A stretch of DNA of 64,000 bases from Cirrosporium novae-zelandiae (Eukaryota). The notes under the pieces were generated by a model that worked only from the letters and a program-made list of their open reading frames with translations, searched no databases and was not told the origin of the DNA. Below, piece by piece: positions 1 to 11,226 of the stretch. The translations under genes and the position numbers were made by a program. Each line of letters begins with the position of its first letter. Within the stretch, counting starts at the first letter, position 1. The DNA is taken from contig JAPETS010000020.1 in NCBI GenBank assembly GCA_026023565.1, forward strand, positions 1 to 64,000, read 5' to 3'.

Positions 1-1727
1 ATACTTGCAGGCATTTGTAGGCATTTGTAGGCATTTACAGTCATTGACAAGCCATTTGACTCAAACTTGACCAATTGTCCTGAACACGGCCCGGGTGGCA
101 TTATTTGTGGCGGCCCCCCCCCCCCCCCCAACCTTCCTAACCTTTTGAACCGTTGGCTGGACTTGGGGACCCCATGTACCATGACCAAATCTATTATTAT
201 CGACTCGTTCGATTTCTACAGGAACCAGCTGACAGGATACTCTATATAGTACAGTGACTGTGTGCTGTAATGCTGTGTGCTGTGCATAGAGTAGTGTAGT
301 GTAGTGTGGTGTCCGATGTCCAATATGCATACTTTCCTGCTGCCAAGATTCGGATTTCTGAAAACATGATAGATGTAACCTGATGCTTAGTCAAGTACCG
401 ACTCTCTCTGACTCTGACTCTGTTATTAGGCCGTCGGTCCTCGGCTGGTAGCAGTCACGGCAGTTCCTCAATGACTCTGGGCCACTCTGAATAGCGTGGA
501 CGGATATCGGCCAATCCAAGAAATGATGACGTCGAAGCCTGAGGCAGAATACGTTTGATGAGCATTCGCAAAATTGAAAGGTACAGGCCAGTAAAAAGTG
601 GTAGGTGCATGGTCAACTGTGGCTTTATCAATTTTATTCTCCTTGTCAAGTATACGCGTCAAGACGTCAAGAAGGTTAATAACGTCAATGTCAACAGCAT
701 CAGGAATTAGCAATGTCAATAATGTTTCCGACATGGCCTATCCCCGCAAAAAAAAGGGGCAAGTTCATTTCTAAGAGTGAATAAGGCCTCACCGATGTTT
801 CTTTGGTGAAACGTGAAACATCCGCGCGTTTGGCGGTAATGAAGAAATATCCCTCACGCTATTTATACGCCTATACGCTTATAAGCTCTTAAGCGCCCGA
901 CCCCAGCTTTCTCCCTTTTTCTCTTTGAAACAACCAAAACTAGTCGATCGAGAAGAATTAAAAATCTCAAACGTCTCGTTCTCTTCTCAACTTAAGTACT
1001 TTTCAAATACGAGCTTTCCATCAACGCTTTCTTTAACTAGCTCATCGTCTTTCTTCATCTTCACACGTTACTGTCACCACTCATGCATTACACCATTTCC
1101 TAAAACAAGTAATGATCTCCACTACATAATAGATGAATTGTCCCAACAGAGAAGCTGAGAACGACATTTGGAAGACAGCTTTATTACTTTTCCATCATGA
1201 TCCCAGGAAAGTTGACCTTTACTGTGGACGTGGCTGAAAAATTCCCACACTGGACCAATGTCCAAATCATTCCATTCATTGATCCTGTGGGAAATACATT
1301 TCAGCTTCAAAAACTATTTCTCGTTGCCAAAACACCTCAAAACACCTCTAGTATTTAATGTAGTAATATCAACCAATCAAAAATGCTTCTTTTCTGCTTT
1401 AATTGATTCAAGCTTTGCTTCCAACGCTTTAATTTGATGTCTGTTTTCTTGTCGGGATGAAGAAACCAAGGATGAAACATACTGTAATTCACCAATGGTC
1501 CTTGGCTATAGACCTGACAATTCACCGCACAGTCAAGAAACGGCCCACAGTATCAGCAGCAGAGCAGCCACCGTTTTGAGCAGACAGGCATAAGAGTATA
1601 TATGACCCAACAGCTGCCATTCAAATCGTCCTTTTCTGCTCCATCCCTTCTTCTCACACACAGCTCACCTAGTATATATCTCATTGACCTAAAATCCCCC
1701 AATCAACATCCACAGGGCTCATTCACA

Positions 1728-2527
1728 ATGCCTTCCCTCCCCACCATCCTCCTAACAGCCGTTTCGATCTTCGGCGCAGGAACGTCGGCAGTAGGTCTCA
1801 TGAGGCGTGATAGCTGGGGCCCAGCAGTCAGTCTCGGCCCAACCTCGTCTTACCTGGTCAACTGCACCACTACGATCCTACCCGGCAAAATGCCCCCACA
1901 GGAAGCCGTAGACGGACAACTGTATCTCTGGCCTGGCATTTCCAACGGAACCGGTGATCTCATTCAATCCATCATTGGTTCGTATCCCACAGACAACAGC
2001 TGGTGCGGAGCCACAGGAGAACAATGGTAAGCCTCTACCCTTTATACATCTTACTCCTTCCACTCCCCCTCATAACCCACCCTCAATAAAACCCCCAACC
2101 CTAACCTTCCTACCATAGGTGCGCCTCCTCCGAACTTTTCAACGGCACCCAAACCGGCGGCACCAAACACGCCGGCGTCCTCGGCACGCACAAAATCCAA
2201 ATAAGCTACGTCCTCGAATCCGAATCCACCTGGACCTGGCACCAAAAGATGTACGACCTCACCGACGACGTGCTGCTCGCCGAATACACCACCAATGATG
2301 GTCCCATGACCGGCTGGGGTACCGCCGTCGAGTGCAATGACAACTGCACCATGCCCACGGAGCCGCACTATTATTATGACACCGTGCTTCATCTCAAGGC
2401 GGCGGATCCGGATTTCAAGGATACGTTAGGGGCCAGTAATGGGGCGACTTATGAGAGCTTTACAACTCCCGATGAGGGGAAGACGTGGTATTTGGGGACG
2501 ATTACGATTCCGGTTATGAGTTCTTGA
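1728..2527 (+). CDS. Secreted protein of unknown function (2 exons: 1728-2026, 2119-2527); possible divergent G1/eqolisin-like fold
   Basis: Signal peptide MPSLPTILLTAVSIFGAGTSA followed by a dibasic RR site. GTAAGC...CTAAC...CATAG intron (2027-2118) joins ORF 1602-2030 in frame to ORF 2249-2527. Motifs LYLWPGISNGTGDLIQS and WCGATGEQWC. Confidence 0.85.
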
Positions 2528-4055
2528 GGGATTGGGACGGTAAAAGGAATATGATACAATGACGCATGCATGAATCAATTTGGTGGAGAGGGTTTCTTGG
2601 ATTGTACCTGTACATATATATATTCACGTACATACATACATACACATACATATACACCTCTCTGAAATAATATTTAAATGAACGAACAAAACCACACTTC
2701 CCTCTCCTCTCCAACCATAAAAGCCTTCTTCAAAAAAAACCTCATTACTTTTACTTTTTTCTTTTTCTTTTAAGACTTAAGTTTAAGTTTAGATAAGTAA
2801 GTAGGTAGGTAGGTAGGAGTTAGCACGATTGATATACTATACCTATACTCTACTATATCTACCAGACTATTCTCCCTCTCTGTTCTCTGCTCCCCTCTGT
2901 TCTCTCTTTTCTAATAAATCCCCCCTCCCCCTCCCCTATCCATCCATCCAATCCTATCAATCCATCTATTCATCCCAACGAAAAATGAGGATTGATAACG
3001 GAGGAAGTATATATACATGTACAAGTACATCAATCCAATAACCCACCCCCCTCTATTCCATCCATCCCTCCATCCCATTTATTTTATTTATTCCATTTAT
3101 TTCAACTAAATATCTCTTCTCTATTCTTTTTTTTTTTTTTGTTCTCTGTTCTCTATTCTCTTTTCTAAGAAACCTAACCTGACCTAGCCCTCACTCCAAC
3201 GGGGACGGGGATGGGAGCGAAGGAGGCAAGAGGAAAAGGGGGAACCAACTCATCATTTATTCATTCATAATCTTTTATATAAATCCAATAACGCCATCCC
3301 ACCACCCTCTATTTTGTTCATTCGTTCTTACACACACACATATATATATATATATACTTTATTTTGTTTGAGCTTTGGATAGATGGACGGGTAGACTATA
3401 GATATAACGTATAAAATATAAAGCGTATGATGGTTTTATTTAGGCTCTTCTTAAGAAAAAGAAAATCTATAGACTAGAGGATATGGTTGACGGGTTAATG
3501 TATTAATGTATCGTTTTAAAGTTTTGAGAGATGGGGATATGCATGTGTATGTATGTATGTATGTATGTATGTATGTATGCTGGCTTTAACCCCTTTTTTA
3601 AGAAAAAGAAAAATATATATATATGGGACATATATTTAGCTCATAACTTGCATTGAGCATTGCATGACATTGCATAACATGGCAGGCGTGGCAGGCGTGC
3701 ATCTCTATCCCCTTATGTCCCATTCTCTCCAATCCTTTCAATTCAACCCCCACCCCTTATCCCCCTACTCCCCATCCCCTTACCTCCCTCTTCCCTCCAC
3801 CCAAAAAAAAGAAAAAAAGCAAATATTATATTATTTTATGTTATAATGTATTGTACAAGTATACCTATTAACCAAATCAACCAACTAATCAATCGGCCAA
3901 TCATCTCAATAATAGACGTTTCGTTTTTTAGAAAAAAAAAACAAGAGGAAAGAAAAAGAACATGAACATGGATAAGAAAGAATTGGTCGTTTTTGGGGTG
4001 TTTTTAGGGGGGGGGATAGGACGAGGGAATTTCTTGTTGGTTCTAGGGTTGCGTT

Positions 4056-5316
4056 TTATTGTTGGGAACATCCCGATTCGAGGTCTGCTATGGCGTCTTG
4101 CGTTACGTCCATGTTGCCGACAAGGTCGGCGGGAGGTGAGCCCGCTTTTTGCATCTATTTCGGGGCGGAGGGTGGGTTAGCTTTTTTAGGGGGGAGGGGG
4201 AGGTATGAATGGGTTAAGAGGGGTCTGCCTACCTTCTGCATCCTCTCAATAATAAACTCTCTATCCTCAACATTCTTGTCGCTGTAGCCGTCACGCTCGA
4301 ACCTCTGCACTATAGCTTTAACGAGACCCTGCTGATCCTCATAGCGGGCCCGATCTTCCTTTGAGATTTTATCCTTATTTTCCGCCATCCAGCCAGGGAA
4401 CTTGTCGTCGAATTCTTTCATCGGGTCGTACAGGAGTTCCCTGTTGGTCAGCTGCTCCATCATCCCAAGTAGTATTTTCGAAAAGTCTTCTTCTGAGCCT
4501 AGGCCCTCCATGTCGCCGTTTTCCATTTCTTTGAGCAGCTTGGAGATGATGTCGGCTTCGTTGTCGTTGGAATCGGCGGTTGCGGCCGCGGTAGCTTCGT
4601 TCGAGGACTGCTGCATTCGTTCCATAGTTGAGCGGATTTTGTCTTGGAAGGTCTCGTATGTGGTTGTTGTTTCTGTCGTTGTGGATGTAGATGTCCCTGC
4701 CTTTTTCTTTGTCGTGTCATCCGCGTTGGACTCCTGGAGGGGGTCCACAGCGGCCGCCTCTGCATCTTTTAAGAGTGCCTCCCCCAGCGCCTCCAGCTCC
4801 TTTTGCATTTCTGGCGACTTTTCTATCCCCCCAAATACTTTCGCCATGTCTTCTTCCAGCTGCTTGGCGAATTCTTCGTCTGTCATCTCGTCTGGGAAGG
4901 CGGTCGCGGAGGGGCCTGAAGCGCCCTCTGGAGGATTCGAGGATAGGGTTGTGTTAGGGGGTCGTCCGGGGCCATTGTTTGTGGGGGAAGCGGATACAGG
5001 GGCGGGGGGGATTTGGGTGGCGGAAAATTCATCTAGCATGTCTAATGGAGGAGAAGGGTTAGTGGTGGGGGTTGAGGTGATTAGGGAGGCAAGGGAGTTT
5101 AGAAGATGGAGTAGTATGAGGATTGATAGGAGAGCTATATGATATTTACTTACCATCTAGTTCATCCAGGTCTTCTTCTTCTGGATCTGGGGCTTCTTCG
5201 GATGGCATATTAACTACAGGTTTCGCAGTAGCAGCGGTGGTGGTGTGTTGGTCATTTTGCGCATCTGGTTGGCGCACAGCAACTTCTTTTTCTTTCTTTT
5301 CTTGTGGTTGTTCCAT
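4056..5316 (-). CDS. PEX19: Peroxisomal membrane protein import receptor Pex19 (3 exons: 5316-5154, 5041-4233, 4154-4056)
   Basis: N-terminal EEEDLDELDDMLDEF motif across intron 1; C-domain LLGMMEQLTNRELLYDPMKE...MQKMQKAGSPP; C-terminal CaaX box CSQQ*; canonical splice sites. Confidence 0.95.
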
Positions 5317-5922
5317 TATGAGACGTATTCATATCAGATGATAGAATAGATATGTTGTTAGCAATGTAAATATTAATCTTGGTTGTTATGGCTATTGGAG
5401 TAGCCTTGGGAATGGGATAGAGGAGGGGCTGATTTGACCCTCGGCTCGTTGGGTTCAAAGAAGGCCCAGGGCTGGGACCACTTTGGTGGGGGTTTAGGAT
5501 AGACGAGAGCTAAGGATTTGAATTGAATTAATTGAATTTATTCTGGCCTCAGGCGGATCTTCAAGGCTTCTAAGGCTTCCAACTTATTTTGGCCTTAGCC
5601 TTGTATTCAAGGCTCCCAATCCTTTTTGCCTTAGGCTTCCATTCAAGCCTTGGACTTGCAAGTCAGGCCAAAAGGACCAAAACACTTGTTTCTTCAATCT
5701 TCCAGTCATGAATCAACTATGAACTGACATCGGTTGCTTTAACTCACTTGGTCTCCTTTTATATTCCATCTGAGCTAACATCTCACACATTGTATCAAGG
5801 AGGTCTTTGATTTCTGGCTCACTTCACTTCATCTCCACAGATTCATTTTCTCTCCCTACTTTCTACACTAATTCTGACATTGCAGAAGCGTTGCGCTCAG
5901 TTTAACCGCCGCTTTTCTCGAC

Positions 5923-6585
5923 ATGACTCTGTGTCTCAACCGCCTACAAGAGGAGAGGTAGGTTCGCCGTCCTTTTACTACAATTCAACACTAAACGTCA
6001 TTCTCTATATTAAACAGAAAGCAGTGGCGTAAAGACCACCCTTTCGGTTTCTTCGCAAAACCTGTTCGCAACCCACAGGGAGTCCTGGACTTGAAACAGT
6101 GGGAGTGTGGTGTTCCAGGCAAGGAAAAAACACTATGGGAAGGTGGTTTATTCAAGCTTAATGTTTCGTTCCCTGAAGGTATGTCTGTCTGGATGAAGAT
6201 AGTTATTATTTTCTGCTACTGTGCAGGTAAAACTAACAGTGAGGGATCCAGAATATCCAACTAAGCCACCAAAATGTGAGCACCCCAACCCGCCAACCGA
6301 CCTAGGGTATTTCGGCTGATATATATCTTAGGCAAATTTGTTCCACCCCTATTTCACCCCAACGTTTATCCCTCTGGAACCGTATGCTTGTCGATCTTGA
6401 ATGAGGAGGAAGGCTGGAGACCAGCGATTACGATCAAACAAATTCTATTAGGAATTCAAGACTTACTAAACGATCCCAACCCCGACTCTCCGGCACAGGC
6501 AGACGCCTATAATCTCTTCAAGAGGGATAGGCACCAGTATGAGAAAAAAATTAAACAGATTGTCAAGGAGAACCCAGCACCTTAG
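5923..6585 (+). CDS. UBC9: SUMO-conjugating enzyme Ubc9 (4 exons)
   Basis: Spliced translation [23 protein letters not shown]...[53 protein letters not shown], with catalytic Cys in GTVCL. Confidence 0.97.
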
Positions 6586-7140
6586 CCAGAACAAGGCTGG
6601 CAGATAAGGCTGAACATGGAATCAAGATTGGAGAAAGTACCCTCGATGATGCGATATTCTTATGGCACCTTGTGCGCGTAGATACCAAACGGGTGTCGGC
6701 GTTTAGGGAGGGAATATTTGAATGGGTTAGCAAAGGCGCCTTAGGTTAGAGATTGTAGGATCGTCATGGTAGTCCTCTACTCTCTTGGCTCCTCATTAAA
6801 GACGAAAAAATGATAAGAGGTCCTAATGAGGAAATATCCCATGCAATCTTTAGAAGGCTGACCTTGAGGCTTGCGGGGTAGTTTGGCAGAAGTTTAACAA
6901 GGAGAGAAATTTCTTCCAGTCTATAATTCTAGATGACTATGATTTGGTGAAGGACAAAAATGAAGGTTTTATTTTTTTCATTCCACGTTGATTATTCCAG
7001 CCTTATCTAAAAGCTATTACTCTCGTAGTACAGTCACCACTTTGCCTTACTCGAGAATAGACTACGCCCTTCACAATGCGTTACCACAATGCATTACCAC
7101 GTGAGTACCTAGGTAGTCCAGTAGCTTGGTGGCCCCTCTT

Positions 7141-7177
7141 CTTATCTTATCGGATAGTTCCCGATTTCGGTGAGTCA
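7141..7177 (+). promoter_or_regulatory. Candidate Gcn4/CpcA element TGAGTCA (7171-7177) and tandem GATA sites (CTTATCTTATC, 7141-7151) upstream of asparagine synthetase
   Basis: Exact TGASTCA match 120 bp upstream of the ATG. Asparagine synthetase genes are established Gcn4 targets, and GATAAG is the AreA-type site. Confidence 0.55.
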
Positions 7178-7296
7178 GATCAGAAAATCCGTCCTGACTT
7201 GCGACTCAACTTGAAAGTCATTCTAGACGTCTTCAAAAATTCAATTGTTTTTCTCTTGACCTGGTAGTTACTAGACATCTTTCTTAAACTGCCAAT

Positions 7297-9441
7297 ATGT
7301 GTGGAATCTTTGCTTGTCATTGGTATGTTGCTCTCTGTTATGTCCTCTGATCCTTGTATCCCTTCCTGGAAAATTTGATGCCGCACGTCGCCAAGAGGAC
7401 AATGCTGACACCCTGCTTGCAGTCATCCTGATGTGGTTGCGTTTAAGCCCACGGCGCTGAAGATGGCGAAGGCGTATGTTTCTTCCCTTGATCAATTGGT
7501 AGCATCAGACAACTGATTTGGTGTTTCCAGCGTGCGGCATCGTGGCCCGGATTGGAGTGAGTCAATGGATAGTCTTGAAAAGTGAAAAATATTGATCGCG
7601 TGTAATGTAGGTGGAAACTACATCGGGGGCCAAACAAGTACACCACAACCATGATTGTCGCAAAGTAGACCCATACTTACATGGTGTATAGTTCTTGCTC
7701 ATGAGCGTTTGAGTATTGTCGGTGTTGGTAGGCTATTGCGACAGTCTGTTCTAAGGGGACAAATTATACTTATTGTTTGTAGACAGTGGAGCTCAACCCC
7801 TTACCAACGAAGATGACAGTCTGGCACTGGCCGTCAACGGCGAGATATACAACCACCGAGTGCTTCGAAAACACCTGAAAAACCCATACCCATTCAAGAC
7901 TCACTCCGATTGTGAAGTCATCATTCCCCTCGTGAGTATGGCATAATATATTTGGCGCCCATAGTGATTTCCTACAGTATATGGAACATGATATCGATGC
8001 TCCAAAATTCCTCGACGGCATGTTTTCATGGGTTCTGTATGATAAGAAGCAAGATCGCACAATCGCTGCAAGAGATCCAATTGGTGTTACAAGCTTTTAC
8101 CAGGGATGGTCAAGCAAGACCCCTGATGCTACCTATTTCGCCTCCGAATTAAAATCCTTACACCCTGTTTGCGACAAGATCATATCTTTCCCTCCCGGTC
8201 ACATCTATGACTCGAAAACCAAACAGACAACAAGATATTTCCAGCCAAAATGGTGGGATCCCACCAACGTTCCCAAGACGCCCGTAGACCTTAAAGCGCT
8301 GAGACATTCGTTGGAGCAGTCTGTTCGGAAGCGACTTATGGCCGAGGTTCCTTACGGTGTTCTTCTCTCAGGAGGTCTTGACTCAAGCTTGACTGCATCC
8401 ATCGCTCAACGTGAAACTCTTCGTATACAGTCATTACACAACGAAGATGCAGATGCATTAGTTGGAATCGACGACAACGGCGAACTCTCCACCGGCTCTT
8501 ACCTCCCTCAACTCCGATCGTTTTCAATTGGTCTACCTAACGCTCCAGACAGCAAAGCCGCCAAGGAAGTCGCCAAATTCCTCGGCACCAAACATTATGA
8601 TTTCACCTTTACGATCGATGAGGGACTGGATGCTCTCTCAGATGTGATTTATCATCTGGAAACTTACGATGTTACTACTATTCGCGCATCCACACCCATG
8701 TTTCTGCTTAGTCGTAAGATCAAAGCGATGGGTGTTAAGATGGTTCTCTCTGGTGAGGGTAGTGATGAAATCTTTGGTGGATATCTCTACTTCCATGCTG
8801 CTCCTTCCAAAGAGGCCTTCCACGCCGAATGTATTCGCAGAGTCAAGAACTTGCATCTTTCAGATTGCCTCCGTGCTAACAAATCCACCTGTGCATGGGG
8901 TGTTGAAGCACGTGTCCCATTCCTTGACAAGGAATTCCTGGAACTTTCCATGGGAATTGACCCTGAAGATAAGCTGATCAAACCTGGCCGCATCGAAAAG
9001 TACATACTGCGAAAAGCTTTCGACACTAGTGATGAACCTGAAACCGAGCCATACCTTCCAGACAACATCCTTTGGAGACAAAAGGAACAATTTTCTGATG
9101 GTGTAGGGTATGGATGGATCGACGCATTGAAGGATGAAGCAGAGAAAAAGGTTACTGATGAGATGATGAAAAATCCAAGAAAGGAGTGGGGTGATGATAT
9201 TCCCGATAGCAAGGAGGCATATTGGTACCGGTGTATGTTTGATGAGCTGTTCCCATCGTATTGTGCCAAGACAGTGATGCGGTGGACACCTACGTGGAGT
9301 AACCAAACGGATCCAAGTGGAAGGCAAGTACTCGATATCGGCCGAGTTTCTTCAAAGAGAGGCAGATTGCTAACCTTGAATATCTTTAGGGCTATTGCTA
9401 CACATGTTGCTACTTATGGGTCGGGTGAAGAGAAGAAGTAA
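7297..9441 (+). CDS. ASN1/ASN2: Asparagine synthetase, glutamine-hydrolysing (8 exons, five very short 5' exons, last intron GC-AG)
   Basis: N-terminal MCGIF (Ntn Cys2), [41 protein letters not shown] and [12 protein letters not shown]; the exons can be spliced in frame. Confidence 0.97.
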
Positions 9442-9619
9442 GGGAAAAAGATAGCTCGTAAGATACCATAAGGTGTGATAGATGTACCAGAAATGGTCGC
9501 ACGAAAGCAATTGCATTGAATTAATATGGTTTGTTGCCTTCTCTGGTAGGCAGATTTCACTTCCCTCTTCTCTCAATCAAAAAATAAACGAAACGAAATC
9601 TCATTGATATAAATAAAGC

Positions 9620-9626
9620 AAAAAAA
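9620..9626 (-). terminator. RNA polymerase III oligo(T) terminator of the atypical tRNA gene
   Basis: A7 on the + strand (T7 on the - strand) 10 nt after the discriminator base. Confidence 0.6.
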
Positions 9627-9635
9627 GTATATTGA

Positions 9636-9749
9636 TGCCCAAGGCTGGATTTGAACCAACATCTTCACAATTCATGCTAGCGACTCCGCCCTGTGTCAGG
9701 GTACACGCCTGCGTAGGCTTGTGACATTCTACCGTTAAACCACTTGAGC
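9636..9749 (-). tRNA. Atypical intron-containing tRNA gene (43-nt intron at 9713-9671); nominal anticodon CCT, Gly-like body, non-canonical A32/G33
   Basis: Minus strand folds as GCTCAAG/CTTGGGC acceptor stem, GTTT/GAAT D stem, TCACA/TGTGA anticodon stem and GTTGG-TTCAAAT-CCAGC T arm. T8, A14, G18, G19 and the A15:T48 Levitt pair are present, with a T7 Pol III terminator about 10 nt downstream. Confidence 0.7.
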
Positions 9750-10329
9750 TGTTGTTAAAAGGTAGGCAGTAAGTGTTTATTTAAGGATCACCGCTGATTG
9801 TGATGTTGGTCGGAGCCTTTAGGGTAAGAGGCCTTGCTGTGGCCCTTGCTCTCAACTTCTCGCCGACATATATCTCAAGATGGTACAGAGGACATTTTGA
9901 CTTAATACTTTCGCTCGGTATTACGTTTATCTCTTCCTAATGAGATAATCTCGCGTCATTAAATATCCTGAAGGTCTTGCATATGCCACCATACTTTTAT
10001 ATCATGTCATAGGAATACAACTAACGACAACCGTATTCGCATTCAATTCGAAGATCATCTTGAACCGTTTAGAATCAACACTGCAATCTGGTCCTAAATC
10101 GAACATTCTTCTGTTCTGCTAGCTTTTACCAGCCAGATAAGAGCATGAATCTCATTATTGACGTGATTTGTCATGGAGATTTGCTAAGAAATTTCTACTA
10201 CTTCCTGGCCTCTTTTGATCCTCTCCTTTGTCTCCTTGCTTTCATGCTCATAGTAATGGGAAGCTATAAAATACTGGTCCAGGAACCCAAAGCAACAAGA
10301 ACTGAAAAGACTAACCTCAACACGCAAGT

Positions 10330-11226
10330 ATGGACATGGAAATAGATACAGAAGAATCGCGGCAAGTACTCTCAAAAGTGCCACTCATATTTTCAGTTCA
10401 CATTCTCAAGCCTTTGCTCTGAAACATTTCCCAGTTGATGTGACTTTGAATTTGAGCTTATCATGACATCCTGTTTTAACTCTAAGGTTTTATCTACTAG
10501 TGACTTTTGCTAACTCGTTGTCCAAACAGTCCTAGTGAAAATGACGAAGTTCTAGTAACTGTCCATAGTAGTGGTGATAAACCGAGTGAGAGAAAATTCA
10601 TGGCATCCAGAAGGATATTATGCCAATACTTCAATGAATGGGACACACCGACCGACACTGGTTTTTCCCTAGCAATAAATCCCCCCTATGAGCCGGTTCC
10701 GGTATTCGAGATCTTTTACAAGTGGGCGTTAGCAGACAGCCGTGGCATAGATCAAGATATCTGTGATGCAGATTTGGTCGATTTAATAGACCGCGGGATC
10801 CAGGGGGACCTAGCACGCGACCCAGAACGAATCCGCGGAGTCGAAGCAGAGATTTTGGGCGACTGGCTGGGATGGTTGGCTAGTTGTTGGTTGTTCGGGC
10901 ATGAACACTATATTACCGGATTCCAAAATCATACCATGCGTGTACTGTTCAGCATAGTTACCGGAAAAGGCAGAGGTCCAACCCTATCTCCAGACTTAGT
11001 AGACAATATATTTTACGAGAGCTCGGACGACAATAGGCTTCACCTTTTCGCGATAAAGGCATTCATCCACGGAGGCTACACATACAAGCTAGAGAGGCGC
11101 TGGGCGATGATCCATCGCGATTTCCCTGAAAAAGTATTCCAGATTCTTTCCCAGGGATCGTCATGTCCATCGCTAGATATCAAGGATTTCTTGGTCTCCG
11201 ACGAAGATAATATTAGGGAAGACTAG
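10330..11226 (+). CDS. Hypothetical protein with a probable degenerate fungal BTB/POZ-like domain (5' exon uncertain)
   Basis: ORF 10507-11226 has a splice acceptor (GCTAAC...AACAG at 10529) and a BTB-like pattern VLVTV...KFMASRRILCQYF...VFEIFYKW...CWLFG...FQNHTM. A tentative first exon 10330-10361 joins in frame only through a GC donor. Confidence 0.6.

Noticed and set aside
407..419. TCTGACTCTGACT as another copy of the cluster motif
   Set aside because: It has a 6-bp period within a CT-rich slippage tract, not the 11-bp-spaced architecture.
400..1500. Possible transposon or gene relic at the window start
   Set aside because: No terminal repeats or transposase/RT motifs are recognisable, and the frames are broken by stops. 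BLASTX would be needed to say more.
4402..5142. 246-aa plus-strand ORF and similar antisense ORFs over the ABC, RtcA, DOA1 and SYLF genes
   Set aside because: These are shadow ORFs antisense to or overlapping well-supported genes, with Ser-rich composition and no motifs.
7297..9441. Asparagine synthetase as an amidotransferase member of the metabolic cluster
   Set aside because: It looks like the canonical housekeeping enzyme with a Gcn4-type site, lies more than 5 kb away and lacks the cluster promoter motif.
9715..9717. Genome-wide reassignment of AGG to Gly by the odd tRNA
   Set aside because: AGG codons occupy conserved Arg positions in this window (asparagine synthetase DPSGR; Ubc9 FKRDR), so the standard code appears to apply.
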